The translations under genes and the position numbers were made by a program. Below the pieces are notes generated by a model. The model was not told where the DNA came from and ran no database searches. It saw nothing but the letters and a program-made list of their open reading frames with translations. Positions 17,744-26,648 of a stretch of 53,692 nt of DNA are shown here, piece after piece. Position 1 is the stretch's first letter; each line of letters begins with the position of its first letter. This stretch comes from an uncultured Gammaproteobacteria bacterium (lineage in GTDB: Bacteria > Pseudomonadota > Gammaproteobacteria > Steroidobacterales > Rariloculaceae). The DNA is taken from contig CAYWGQ010000005.1 of NCBI GenBank assembly GCA_964457725.1, forward strand, positions 1-53,692. The letters run 5' to 3'.

Positions 17744-18922
17744 TCATGCGGGCGGCGCGACGCCCCATCCCGGCGCCTCGCCGAGCAGCAACACGCCGTC
17801 CTCGACGCGCTCGCCGGTCGCGCGCCGCGTCCGGTTCCGGTCGAACGCATACTCGAGCGTCCGGACGAGCTCGGGGTGAATTGCCGCGGCGTGCAGGCTC
17901 GCCGCGGTCGAGACCGGCCCGGACGGATTGTGCGGCGACACCTCCGCCCGCCCCGCCGTGCGCTCGATCACCTCGAGCAGCGGACCGAAGCCGCCGACGT
18001 GCTTCACGTCCGGCATGATCACGTCCGCCCAGCCGCGCTCGGCGATCTCCGCGAACCGGCCGACGCCCCAGAAGAGCTCGCCGGCCGCGATCGGCAACCG
18101 CGTGCGGCGCCTGAGCTCCTCGTAATCCGCGCCGAGCGCGAACGGCTCCTCGATCCAGTCGAGCTCGAGCCGCTCGAGCTCCGGGATCAGCCGGTAGAAA
18201 TCCGCAGGCCTGAAGCGCTCGTGGAAGTCGACGCGGACCGCGAGCGCCGGAAACTCCTCGCGCAGGCGCGCGAGCGTCGCGAGCCCGGCCGCCGCCTTCT
18301 CGACCGCGCGATCCGGCCCGTCCACCGCTTCGAACGGCGCGCACTTGAACGTCCGAAAGCCCTGGGCCGCGAGCTCGCGGACGACGGTCGAGTAGGCCTC
18401 CGGCGTGCGCGCGGTCAACGCGCGGTTGATCGTCGTGTACAACGGAATGCCTTCGAGCGGCGTGCTCGAGCGGAACAGCTGCCAGACGGGCACCTGCTCG
18501 CGCTTCGCGAGCAGATCGTAGAGCGCCTGATCGAGCCCCGAGAACGCGGTCGCGGTGACGAAGCCTGGCTCGAGCGCCGCGATCTCCCGCTCCTTCGCCG
18601 CGATCGTCTCGCGCGACAGCGTGCGGAGATTCGCGTAATGCTCGGCGAAGAGCCGCACGGCCTCGGCCTTGCACGCCTCGTCGTCGTTGCTGTGCGAGGC
18701 TTCGCCGAAGCCGGACAGCACGCCGTCGGTGATCTCGAAGACCAGCCAGTCGCCTTTGAGCCGCAAGCTCGCGTGCCAGCCGTCCGGGTCCGGAATCGTC
18801 CGGAAACGAAGCTCGAGCGGCCGCTGCGCGCGAAGCACGCCCGGGGCGACGCAGGCGGCGGCCGTCGCCGCGGCCGCGGCGCGCAGGAAGGATCGTCGCG
18901 AAGGATCGGGGATCGCTTGCAT
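17744..18922 (-). CDS. Enolase-superfamily (mandelate racemase/galactonate dehydratase-like) enzyme with Tat signal
   Basis: SRRSFLR twin-arginine leader; GFGEAS, SGLDQALYDL, FKCAPF; metal ligands VDFH, WIEEP, AAGE; SPHNPSGP. Confidence 0.88.
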   Translation of the reverse strand: MQAIPDPSRRSFLRAAAAATAAACVAPGVLRAQRPLELRFRTIPDPDGWHASLRLKGDWLVFEITDGVLSGFGEASHSNDDEACKAEAVRLFAEHYANLRTLSRETIAAKEREIAALEPGFVTATAFSGLDQALYDLLAKREQVPVWQLFRSSTPLEGIPLYTTINRALTARTPEAYSTVVRELAAQGFRTFKCAPFEAVDGPDRAVEKAAAGLATLARLREEFPALAVRVDFHERFRPADFYRLIPELERLELDWIEEPFALGADYEELRRRTRLPIAAGELFWGVGRFAEIAERGWADVIMPDVKHVGGFGPLLEVIERTAGRAEVSPHNPSGPVSTAASLHAAAIHPELVRTLEYAFDRNRTRRATGERVEDGVLLLGEAPGWGVAPPA

Positions 18923-19064
18923 GCTCGGCTCCTCGGCGCTCGCGCGGGATCGACGTACGCAATGCTACCGCGGCGCGGACGCTCGATCCCGCCCGATCCT
19001 GGATCATCGCCGCCGCCCGGCGTAAGCTCCTTGCACCGGCTGCAAGACACTGCACGAGAGAACC

Positions 19065-19439
19065 ATGCGCTCGAGCCTCGTCCTGCTCCTGCTCGCCGCG
19101 ACCGGCGCCCTCGCCCATCACTCGGCGCCCGTCTTCTACAAGGTGCAGGAGCGAATCACCGTCAGCGGCACCGTCACCGAGTTCCGCTTCGCGAACCCGC
19201 ACGCGATCCTGAAGTTCGACGTCGTCGGCGACGACGGCGAGGTTCAGCACTGGACGGCGGAGACGACGTCGCCGTCGATCCTGCGCCGGCGCGGCTGGAG
19301 CCAGCAGAGCTTCACGCCGGGCGAGAAGGTCACGCTCGAAGGCATGCCGTCCGTCGACGGCTCGTACCTGATGCGGATCACGCGCGCGTTCCGCGAGGAC
19401 GGCACCGAGATCGGCCTGCCGCCCGGGACGGACAACTGA
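19065..19439 (+). CDS. Exported DUF6152-family protein (stand-alone)
   Basis: Signal peptide ALA|HHS; ITVSGTVTEFRFANPH, WTAET, LRRRGW, PGEKVT; matches the N-terminal half of 110..1138. Confidence 0.85.
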   Translation: MRSSLVLLLLAATGALAHHSAPVFYKVQERITVSGTVTEFRFANPHAILKFDVVGDDGEVQHWTAETTSPSILRRRGWSQQSFTPGEKVTLEGMPSVDGSYLMRITRAFREDGTEIGLPPGTDN

Positions 19440-20245
19440 TGGCGGCCGCGAGCAGGCACGGGGCGCTTCGCGGCGCGGTCCTCGCGGCAACCGCGCTCGC
19501 GGTCGTCTCGCTCGCCGCGCCGGCCGCGGCGCAGGCGCCCGAAGGGCACGGCATCGCCGGGTTTTGGTCGATGGCCCGGGGCGCGATGCCGCCGCGCCGC
19601 GACCCGACGCCGACCGAAGCCGAGCTGATGGCGCTCCTCCCGGACGACGCGGTCGTGCTCGCCGATTCCGGCCTGAACGAGTTTCCGCCGGGCGACTACG
19701 GCGGGCTCGCCGTGCACGAGCACTTGCGCGAAGCGGCGAAGGACTACGACCCGGCGGAGCAGACGACGGTGTCGACCACCTGCCGGCCGCCCGGTCTGAT
19801 CTACTCGATGCAGGGCCCGTTCCCGATCGAGATCTTCGAGGGCCGCGACCTGATCGTGATCAAGCTCGAGTACTTCGATCTCGTGCGCGTGATCTTCATG
19901 AACGAGACGGAGCACCCGGACGACTGGCCGCACTCGCAGACCGGCCATTCGATCGGCCGCTGGGACGGCGACACGCTCGTCGTCGACACCGTCAAGCTCG
20001 CGCCGGGCACCCTGTTCAACAACGGCGTCGAGCACAGCGGCGACGTGCGCCTGCTCGAGCGCTTCCGGCTCGCGGATCCGGACACGCTCATCGTCACGCA
20101 GCAGTTCGAAGACCCGGGCTCGTTCACGGGCATTGCCGCGCGCGTGATGACGTTCGAGCGCGGCGACGATCACGTCTACCCGTACGACTGCGATCCCGCG
20201 TACGGCCTCTCGATGGATTCGCGGCAAGGGCCGGACACGCGCTGA
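19439..20245 (+). CDS. Exported hypothetical protein, DUF6152 partner domain
   Basis: TGATG overlap with the DUF6152 gene; signal peptide; TTCRPPG, GHSIGRWDGDTLVVDT, ERF, EDP, YDC. Confidence 0.85.
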   Translation: MAAASRHGALRGAVLAATALAVVSLAAPAAAQAPEGHGIAGFWSMARGAMPPRRDPTPTEAELMALLPDDAVVLADSGLNEFPPGDYGGLAVHEHLREAAKDYDPAEQTTVSTTCRPPGLIYSMQGPFPIEIFEGRDLIVIKLEYFDLVRVIFMNETEHPDDWPHSQTGHSIGRWDGDTLVVDTVKLAPGTLFNNGVEHSGDVRLLERFRLADPDTLIVTQQFEDPGSFTGIAARVMTFERGDDHVYPYDCDPAYGLSMDSRQGPDTR

Positions 20246-20276
20246 GCGCGGCCCGGCGAGCCGCGCCCTCGCCGCC

Positions 20277-21578
20277 TCAATCCGGCAAGTAGTAGCGGAA
20301 CCGCGCCGTGTAGCGCACGTCCGTCGCGGCGACCGGCCGGCCGTGCTCGAGCTTCGGCCGGAAGCGCGCCGCCGCGATCCGCTTGCGGTAGGCGCTCGCG
20401 AGCGCATCGACGCCCGGCTGCGCGGCGACGGTGCGCACGTCGCTCGCGCGGCCCGCCGCGGAAACGTCGAACGCGAGCTCGATCGTGCCCCAGCGCCAGG
20501 CTGGGAACGGCGCGGAGCCGTCGACGCCGTCGTCCGGCGGCACGAAGTCGAGCATCTGCGGCGCCGCGAACAGCTCGTCCGCGGCGACGCCGTCCGCCTC
20601 GCGCAGAGCCTCGTACGCCGCCGCGTAGTAGCGCTCGGCCGCCGCCGAGTCGCCCTCGACCGCGGCGAAATCGCCGAGCGCCGCGAGCGACAGGCCGCGC
20701 TCGCGCGGATCGATCTCGGCGTGCGACTCGAGCGCCGCGAGCAGCCGCTCGCGCCCGCGCGGGCGGTCGTCGAAGTGCATCTCGACCGCCGTCAGCCGCC
20801 GCAGCAGGTCGAGGCTCTCGGGGCTCGCGTCACCCGAGCGGGCGCTCGCGATCTCGAGGGCCTTCCAGTACTGATCGTGCGCGCGGAAGCTCGACGGGAG
20901 ATTGCCGTAGAGGCGCGCGAGGTGTCGGTAGTAGAAGTCGCCGAGGTGCCGATAGAACGGCACGAGCTCGGGCGCGTCCGCACCGAAGTGCCGGATCGCC
21001 TTCTTCAGGCGCTGCTCCTCGAGCGCACGCGCGGCCGCGTCGTTGCCGGATTCGAGATGCGCGCGCGTCAGGTCGTCGAGCACGGGCACCTGCGCCGGAT
21101 CGAACAGACCGAAGTTACGGTGACCGAGCGTGCGCGCGTGCTCGAGCGCCGTTACCGCGTCCGCATAGCGGCGGGCGTCGATGTACGCGCGGCCGAGCCC
21201 GTGATACGCGGGGATCAGCGCCGCCGAGAAGACGCCTTGCGCGCGTTGCAGCCGCTCGATCGCATTCAGATAGCTGATCTCGGCCGCGTCGTAGTCCTCG
21301 AGGCCCGCCTGCACGAGGCCGAGCCGCAGCAGATCCTCCGCGACGTCGAAGCCGCTCCGGCCGTCGAGCGCGCCGACCACCTGCTCCGCCGGCTGCAGCG
21401 CCGCCGCGAAGTCGCCGACCTCGATCAGCGCATCGCGCGTCCGCCGCAGCGTCTCGAGCGCCTCGTGCTCCGTTTGCACTTTCGCGGCGCCGGCCGGCTG
21501 CGGCTCCGCGGCCGGCGCGACGCCGAGCCCGAGCGCCGCGGCGGCCAGCAGCGAGTAGTAACGCTTCCCTGTGTCCAT
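20277..21578 (-). CDS. Exported TPR protein with C-terminal TonB_C-like domain
   Basis: Signal peptide; several kinesin-light-chain-like TPRs; C-terminal GTIELAFDVSAAGRASDV...ARFRPKLEHGRPVA. Confidence 0.78.
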   Translation of the reverse strand: MDTGKRYYSLLAAAALGLGVAPAAEPQPAGAAKVQTEHEALETLRRTRDALIEVGDFAAALQPAEQVVGALDGRSGFDVAEDLLRLGLVQAGLEDYDAAEISYLNAIERLQRAQGVFSAALIPAYHGLGRAYIDARRYADAVTALEHARTLGHRNFGLFDPAQVPVLDDLTRAHLESGNDAAARALEEQRLKKAIRHFGADAPELVPFYRHLGDFYYRHLARLYGNLPSSFRAHDQYWKALEIASARSGDASPESLDLLRRLTAVEMHFDDRPRGRERLLAALESHAEIDPRERGLSLAALGDFAAVEGDSAAAERYYAAAYEALREADGVAADELFAAPQMLDFVPPDDGVDGSAPFPAWRWGTIELAFDVSAAGRASDVRTVAAQPGVDALASAYRKRIAAARFRPKLEHGRPVAATDVRYTARFRYYLPD

Positions 21579-21884
21579 TCGACGATATCCCCCACTCGAT
21601 CGCGGTTCCCGCGGCGGACAGGCGCAAGCAATCCGCGCTTCGCGGACGCGAAGCTGCCCTGCGGGAATCAGTTGTCAAAGACGAGATTGCCCCTGCGGAG
21701 GCGCCGCGGCTTCTTCTCACGGGCCGGGTCGCGGCTCGATTGTACAACACGGCGGCGCCGGCACCCCCGTGACGAGCCGCCGGTCCCGCGTCAACCGCCG
21801 AAGCGCCACGCCGCGGTCGCGAGCACGGTCCGCGGCAGCTCGCTGCGATTCGTCGAAGTCGCCGCGCAGGTCGGGTTCTACTGG

Positions 21885-22775
21885 CTAGCGATCAACCGCA
21901 GCGTCTGAAGAATCGCGCTCGGGCTGCTCGGCGAAGACCGGGCGGAGCTCTGCCGGCAGCTGATTCTGCACCTCCTCCATCTGGCCCCTGCTGACGCTGC
22001 GGGCGATCACCGCGCCCGCGCTCCGCAGGATCTCGGCCGCCCGCTCCGGCGTCGCGCCGAGCCGCTCGGCGAGCGTCTGCTCGATCGTCTCGCGCGTGAC
22101 GCGCTTGTCGGGCCCCAAGCGGTGCCGGTCCAGCTTCGGCCGAAGCAGGGACGGGAGCTGGGCGATCAGGTCCTTCGCCTCGTCCGGCGTGAGCCGGCGC
22201 ACCAGCGCGGTCGCGACGACCTCGAGCGCCGTTTCCGCCTGGTTCGCGTTCTCGAGGGCCGCCTCCATCCGCAGCGCGTTCAGCATGCGGCGGAACGTCG
22301 CCTCGGCCCTCGCGACGCTGCGCGCCCGCGCCGGCGTGCGAACCGGCGGCTGCGGCCCGCCGTCGCCGATCTGGGCTTGCACGATCGCCGCGAGCTCCTC
22401 GAGCGGCGCGGCCTCGTCGAGCAGCAGGTCGTCCAGCGTGACGATGCCGACGAGCCGCCCATCCTCGACGAGCGGAACGCGGCGGACGTTCCGCTCCTGC
22501 ATCAGCTTGATCGCGTCGCTCTGGCCGTCGGCCGGAGAAAGCGTCGCGACGGGCGCCGTCATCACCTCGGCCAGCCGCGTCGTGCTCGGATCGCGCCCGT
22601 GGCCGACGACCCGGACCGCGAGATCCCGATCGGTCGCGATCCCGACGAGCTGCCCTTTGTCCTGCACGAGCACGACGCCGATGTTGTTGTGCTCGAGCGC
22701 TCGCGCCGCCTCGAGCGCGGTCGCCTGCGAGTTGAGGATGACCAAGCGACGCCTGACATACCACTTCAGTGCCAT
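21885..22775 (-). CDS. CBS-pair protein fused to a DUF2267-like domain
   Basis: LVGIATDRDL and VRRVPLVEDGRLVGIVTLDDL CBS motifs; C-terminal RRLTPDEAKDLIAQLP...VQNQLPAELRPVF. Confidence 0.82.
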   Translation of the reverse strand: MALKWYVRRRLVILNSQATALEAARALEHNNIGVVLVQDKGQLVGIATDRDLAVRVVGHGRDPSTTRLAEVMTAPVATLSPADGQSDAIKLMQERNVRRVPLVEDGRLVGIVTLDDLLLDEAAPLEELAAIVQAQIGDGGPQPPVRTPARARSVARAEATFRRMLNALRMEAALENANQAETALEVVATALVRRLTPDEAKDLIAQLPSLLRPKLDRHRLGPDKRVTRETIEQTLAERLGATPERAAEILRSAGAVIARSVSRGQMEEVQNQLPAELRPVFAEQPERDSSDAAVDR

Positions 22776-22955
22776 GAGACGCCTCCACGGATCAGAGTGG
22801 CCGCGCACGGGCGCTGCGCGGCCGTGCGTGGACCCGTGACCGTAGCACTTCGCAGGTGCCGATTCGAATCCGCGGAAACCGAGAGCTCGGGCTTTCCAGC
22901 TATCGATCGCGGCGGCGCGGCACCGCCGGGCCGGCAGTGAGGACGGGGACGCGCT

Positions 22956-23342
22956 TCAGCGCACGACCCACCACTCGCGCAGGCGCTCGCAGCGCTTCTC
23001 GGCGTCGAAGTCGAGCACGAACACGCCGTTCAGCTCGACCGGCGTGCCGTCCTTGACGGTCTTGAAGTCGGCCGACCACGTTGCGACACCGGTGCGCCCG
23101 TCGACCGCGATCACCTCGTAACGGAATTGCACGTCCCGCTGATCGGCCGTCACCCGCGCCCAGTACGCCTCGACGCCGGCGGGGCCGACGAACGGCTCCG
23201 CGTACGGCGTCTCGAAATAGCGGGAATCCGGCGCGAACAGGCGCGCGGCGGCCGCCGGGTCCTTCCCCTCCCACGCGCGGCGATACGCGCGCAGCCAGGT
23301 ATCGAGATCCGCCTTCGAGATTGCAGCGTTGTCGTTAGCCAT
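22956..23342 (-). CDS. SnoaL/NTF2-like protein
   Basis: WLRAYRRAWE...LFAPDSRYFETPY...YW...LREWW pattern; 128 aa. Confidence 0.85.
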   Translation of the reverse strand: MANDNAAISKADLDTWLRAYRRAWEGKDPAAAARLFAPDSRYFETPYAEPFVGPAGVEAYWARVTADQRDVQFRYEVIAVDGRTGVATWSADFKTVKDGTPVELNGVFVLDFDAEKRCERLREWWVVR

Positions 23343-23421
23343 CGTCGACGTCCCCTTGCAAGAGTGCCCAGGGCGCGGCTGCCGTCAGCCGCGCCCGCCT
23401 TTGCGCCGTCTGCGCGATCGC

Positions 23422-24306
23422 TCAGAAGATGCCGGCTGCCTCGAGCGTCGCGCGCAGCGTCCGCGGCGGCCGGCCGGTCAGCCTCTCGACCGCATCGGTG
23501 CAAGCCGCCATGAAACCTTCGCGGATCGAGCGGCCGAACGAGGCGACGAGCTCCGCGCCGTACTTCAGATGATCGTCGTCGGTCGCGTCGCCGACGAGGC
23601 GCGCGACGAACGCCGCGTCGTCCAGCGCGACGGCTGCGACCGGCTTGCCGGAGAGCTCGGCGTAGAGCCGCGCCAGATCCTCGGCGCCGAACGCCTCGGG
23701 TCCCGTGATGTCGTAAACCGCGCCCGCGTGCCCCCCTTGCACGAGCACCGCCGCGGCCGCCGCGGCGCAATCCTCGCGCGAGACGTACGCGATCCGCCCG
23801 TCGCCCCAGTTGTGCACGAGCGTGCCCGTGCGGACCGCGCGCTCGGCGTCGGCCGCCTGATACTCGGAGTACAGGCTGTTCCGCAGCAGCGTGAACGGCA
23901 CGCCGGCGCGTGCGAGGTGCTGCTCGGTCGCGTAATGGCTCGGTGCGACGACCGCCGGGTTCGGCGGCTCCGGCGCGAGCGCGGAGGTATAGATCAGCTG
24001 CTCCACGCCGGCCGCGACCGCGGCGTCGATCGCCGCGCGATGCTGCTCCGCCCGCGCGGCGAGATCCGTCGCGCTCACGAGCAGCACACGGCCGGCGCCC
24101 GCGAACGCGGCGGGCAGCGACTCCGGCCGCGCGAAGTCCGCGAACCGCACGTCGACGCCGCGGCGCGCGAGCTCCGCGAGCGCCTCGGGCCGCCGGGTGA
24201 CGAGGATCAGCCGCTCCGGCGGCACGGACTCGAGCGCAATCTCGGCGACTCGGCGCGCGAGCTGCCCGGAGGCGCCGGTCACGAGGAGGCGGGGCGCGTC
24301 GGCCAT
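23422..24306 (-). CDS. Atypical SDR/NmrA-like NAD(P)H-binding protein (QorB/YtfG-like)
   Basis: LLVTGASGQLA, IYTS, HYATE, LRNSLY, VSREDCA, YDITGPE. Confidence 0.88.
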   Translation of the reverse strand: MADAPRLLVTGASGQLARRVAEIALESVPPERLILVTRRPEALAELARRGVDVRFADFARPESLPAAFAGAGRVLLVSATDLAARAEQHRAAIDAAVAAGVEQLIYTSALAPEPPNPAVVAPSHYATEQHLARAGVPFTLLRNSLYSEYQAADAERAVRTGTLVHNWGDGRIAYVSREDCAAAAAAVLVQGGHAGAVYDITGPEAFGAEDLARLYAELSGKPVAAVALDDAAFVARLVGDATDDDHLKYGAELVASFGRSIREGFMAACTDAVERLTGRPPRTLRATLEAAGIF

Positions 24307-24339
24307 CGGTCTGGGCGGAGTCGGAGCGGGCCGGCCCGC

Positions 24340-26535
24340 TCAAAATTCCTTCACGAAGTCGATGCCCCAGCGCCGCGGCTGCGCCTTCCAGAGGAAGCCG
24401 CCCGGCGAGAACTCCGCGTTGTACTGCACGTCGTTGAAGTTCCGCTGCCACCCCGCGAGCGTCCACGACTCGCCCTCGATGCCGATGCGCCAATCGAGCA
24501 GGTTCACCGGATTGCGGACGGTGCTGTTCGCCGGATCCCACCAGGTATCGCCGAGCCGGCGGTAGTCGCCGCGCACGAAGAGCTGCAGCCCCGAGTTGCC
24601 GAACGGCCGCCGGTACTGCGCGCTCAGGTTGATCGTGTCCTTCGTGACGAGCGGCGCCTGATTGCCGATGTCCGTCGGCACGGCCGACTCCTTGATCTCG
24701 CTGTCCGTGTAGCCGTAGCCGAAGAAGAGATCGAAGTAGTCCGTGATGCGCGCCCTGACGTCGAGCTCGAGGCCCTGGTAATCCACGCGGCCGAGGCTGC
24801 CGAGGTTCTGCGTCGAGCTCGTCGCGAGGAACACGAAGAAATAGGAACCTTCGGCCTCCGTGTCGAACAGGCTCAGGTTCACGTTCACGCGGTTGTCGGC
24901 GAGCTGGCTCTTCAGGCCGACCTCGAACGTGTCGGCAACCTCCGCATCGAACAGGTCGCGCACGCCGAGCGCCATCGCGAGCGGATCGGAGCCGACGCCG
25001 GTCTGGTTGAAGCCGCCGCTGCGGAAGCCGCGGCTCCAGCCGCCGTACAGCGTCACGTTGTCCGACGGCTGATAGCGCAGCGTCAGGCGCGGCTGTACCT
25101 CGTCCCAGGTGCGCTTGCGCACCTCGCCGGTGAAGGCGTCGGTCAGCGCCGGCGGCAGGAACGGCTCCGGCGTCAGCGTCGTGTTCTCGCGCGTGTCCTT
25201 GTCGTAGCGGAGCGCGAACGCGATCTCGGTGCGATCGCCGACGTCCGCGGCCACCTCGCCGAACGCGGCCCACGCGAAGTTGTCCTGCGAATCTGCGAGG
25301 AACGTCGTCTGGAAGCTGTCCGGGAACGACACCTCGTCGTACGGGAAGTTGCCGCGCGGCGTCCGGTAGACCGGCGGCGCGCCTAGCCCGCGATCGACGA
25401 TGTTGCCGGTCGAGATGTAGCGGTCGGTCTGAATGAAATACGTGCCCGCGATCCAGCGCAGCCGCGCGTCCTCGCGCGACGTCAGGCGGAGCTCCTGGCT
25501 GAACGTCTCCACGTCGAGGAACTGACTCTGCACGAGGTCGTCGCCGAAGAGCTGGAAGAACAGCGATTCCTCGATCGGCTTCATGTCGAACTGGTCGCCG
25601 GTCAGGATCTCCTCGATCGTGTCGTAGGAGCTGATCGACGTGAACGTCGCGAAGTCGAGGTCGTAGTCGACCCGGACCGAGAGCTGCCCGAGCTCGCGCT
25701 CGTTGATGCCGCGATTGTTCACGCGGATCGGGATCTCGGTGTTGTTCGAGTCCTCTTCGAAGTCCGCGACGAAATAGAGCGCCTGGGTGTCGACCTCGGA
25801 GTAGTAGAGCCTGCTGTCGACGCGGAGCCGATCGCTCGGATCCCAGATCAGCCGCAGGCGCGCCGACGTGTCCTTGAACGGATCGGGCTCCTCCTCGAGG
25901 TACGTGTTCCACAAGTAGCCGTCCGTGTCGAAGTGCGAGAAGCTCGCCTGATAGCGCAGCGTGTCCGAATCGCCGAGCGGTCCGCCGCCCATCACCTGGG
26001 CGCGGTAGCCGGGACCGGAGTCGTAGCCGAGCTTCACCCGCCCCTCGAACTCGTCGCCCGGCTCCTTCGTCGTGACGACGATCGCGCCGCCGATCGCGTT
26101 CCGTCCGTAGACGGCGCCCTGGGCCCCTTTCAGGACCTCGATCTGCTGGACGTCGAAGAGCTCCTGCGTGAACTGCGCGGGATTCGTCAGCAGCACGCCG
26201 TCGATCAGCACCGCGACCGACGGCTCGCTGTTGCGCGCCTGCGAGATGCCGCGGACCGTGATGAACGAGGTGCCCTGGTTCTGCGTCTCGACGAGCGTCA
26301 CGTTCGGCGTCAGCGAGACGAAGTCCTGCGGGCGCTCGATGCCGGCCGCGCGGATGTCCTCCTCGCTGAACGCGGTGATCGTGACGGGCACGTCCTGGAA
26401 CGACTCGGCACGCCGGCGGGCGGTGACCGTGATCTCCTCGAGCACGCCGCTCTGCGCCGACGCGACATCGTGGACACCGAGCCCGGTGATGCCGAGAGCC
26501 AACGGAATCGCCGCCAATCCGCTCTTTGGTTTCAC
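24340..26535 (-). CDS. TonB-dependent receptor (731 aa)
   Basis: Signal peptide; TonB box LEEITVTARRR; QIEVLKGAQGAVYGRNAIGGAI; GFRSGGFN; terminal Phe. Confidence 0.95.
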   Translation of the reverse strand: MKPKSGLAAIPLALGITGLGVHDVASAQSGVLEEITVTARRRAESFQDVPVTITAFSEEDIRAAGIERPQDFVSLTPNVTLVETQNQGTSFITVRGISQARNSEPSVAVLIDGVLLTNPAQFTQELFDVQQIEVLKGAQGAVYGRNAIGGAIVVTTKEPGDEFEGRVKLGYDSGPGYRAQVMGGGPLGDSDTLRYQASFSHFDTDGYLWNTYLEEEPDPFKDTSARLRLIWDPSDRLRVDSRLYYSEVDTQALYFVADFEEDSNNTEIPIRVNNRGINERELGQLSVRVDYDLDFATFTSISSYDTIEEILTGDQFDMKPIEESLFFQLFGDDLVQSQFLDVETFSQELRLTSREDARLRWIAGTYFIQTDRYISTGNIVDRGLGAPPVYRTPRGNFPYDEVSFPDSFQTTFLADSQDNFAWAAFGEVAADVGDRTEIAFALRYDKDTRENTTLTPEPFLPPALTDAFTGEVRKRTWDEVQPRLTLRYQPSDNVTLYGGWSRGFRSGGFNQTGVGSDPLAMALGVRDLFDAEVADTFEVGLKSQLADNRVNVNLSLFDTEAEGSYFFVFLATSSTQNLGSLGRVDYQGLELDVRARITDYFDLFFGYGYTDSEIKESAVPTDIGNQAPLVTKDTINLSAQYRRPFGNSGLQLFVRGDYRRLGDTWWDPANSTVRNPVNLLDWRIGIEGESWTLAGWQRNFNDVQYNAEFSPGGFLWKAQPRRWGIDFVKEF

Positions 26536-26627
26536 GTCTCCACCCTTACGCTTGTCCGACCCGGTCGCCCGGTGCCCGGAGCGTGGCCGGGCGAGGGGTG
26601 ACCGCGCATCCCCCTGTGGCGGGGAAA

Positions 26628-26648
26628 CCTCACCCGAATCGGGTGAGG
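26628..26648. promoter_or_regulatory. Perfect palindrome CCTCACCCGA-A-TCGGGTGAGG, candidate LuxR/MalT-like operator
   Basis: 10-bp perfect inverted repeat about 93 nt upstream of the TBDR start, overlapping the regulator stop codon. Confidence 0.55.

Noticed and set aside
23150-25912. 920-aa ORF and similar alternative-frame ORFs throughout the track
   Set aside because: They overlap well-supported genes and have low-complexity Arg/Ala/Gly/Pro composition.
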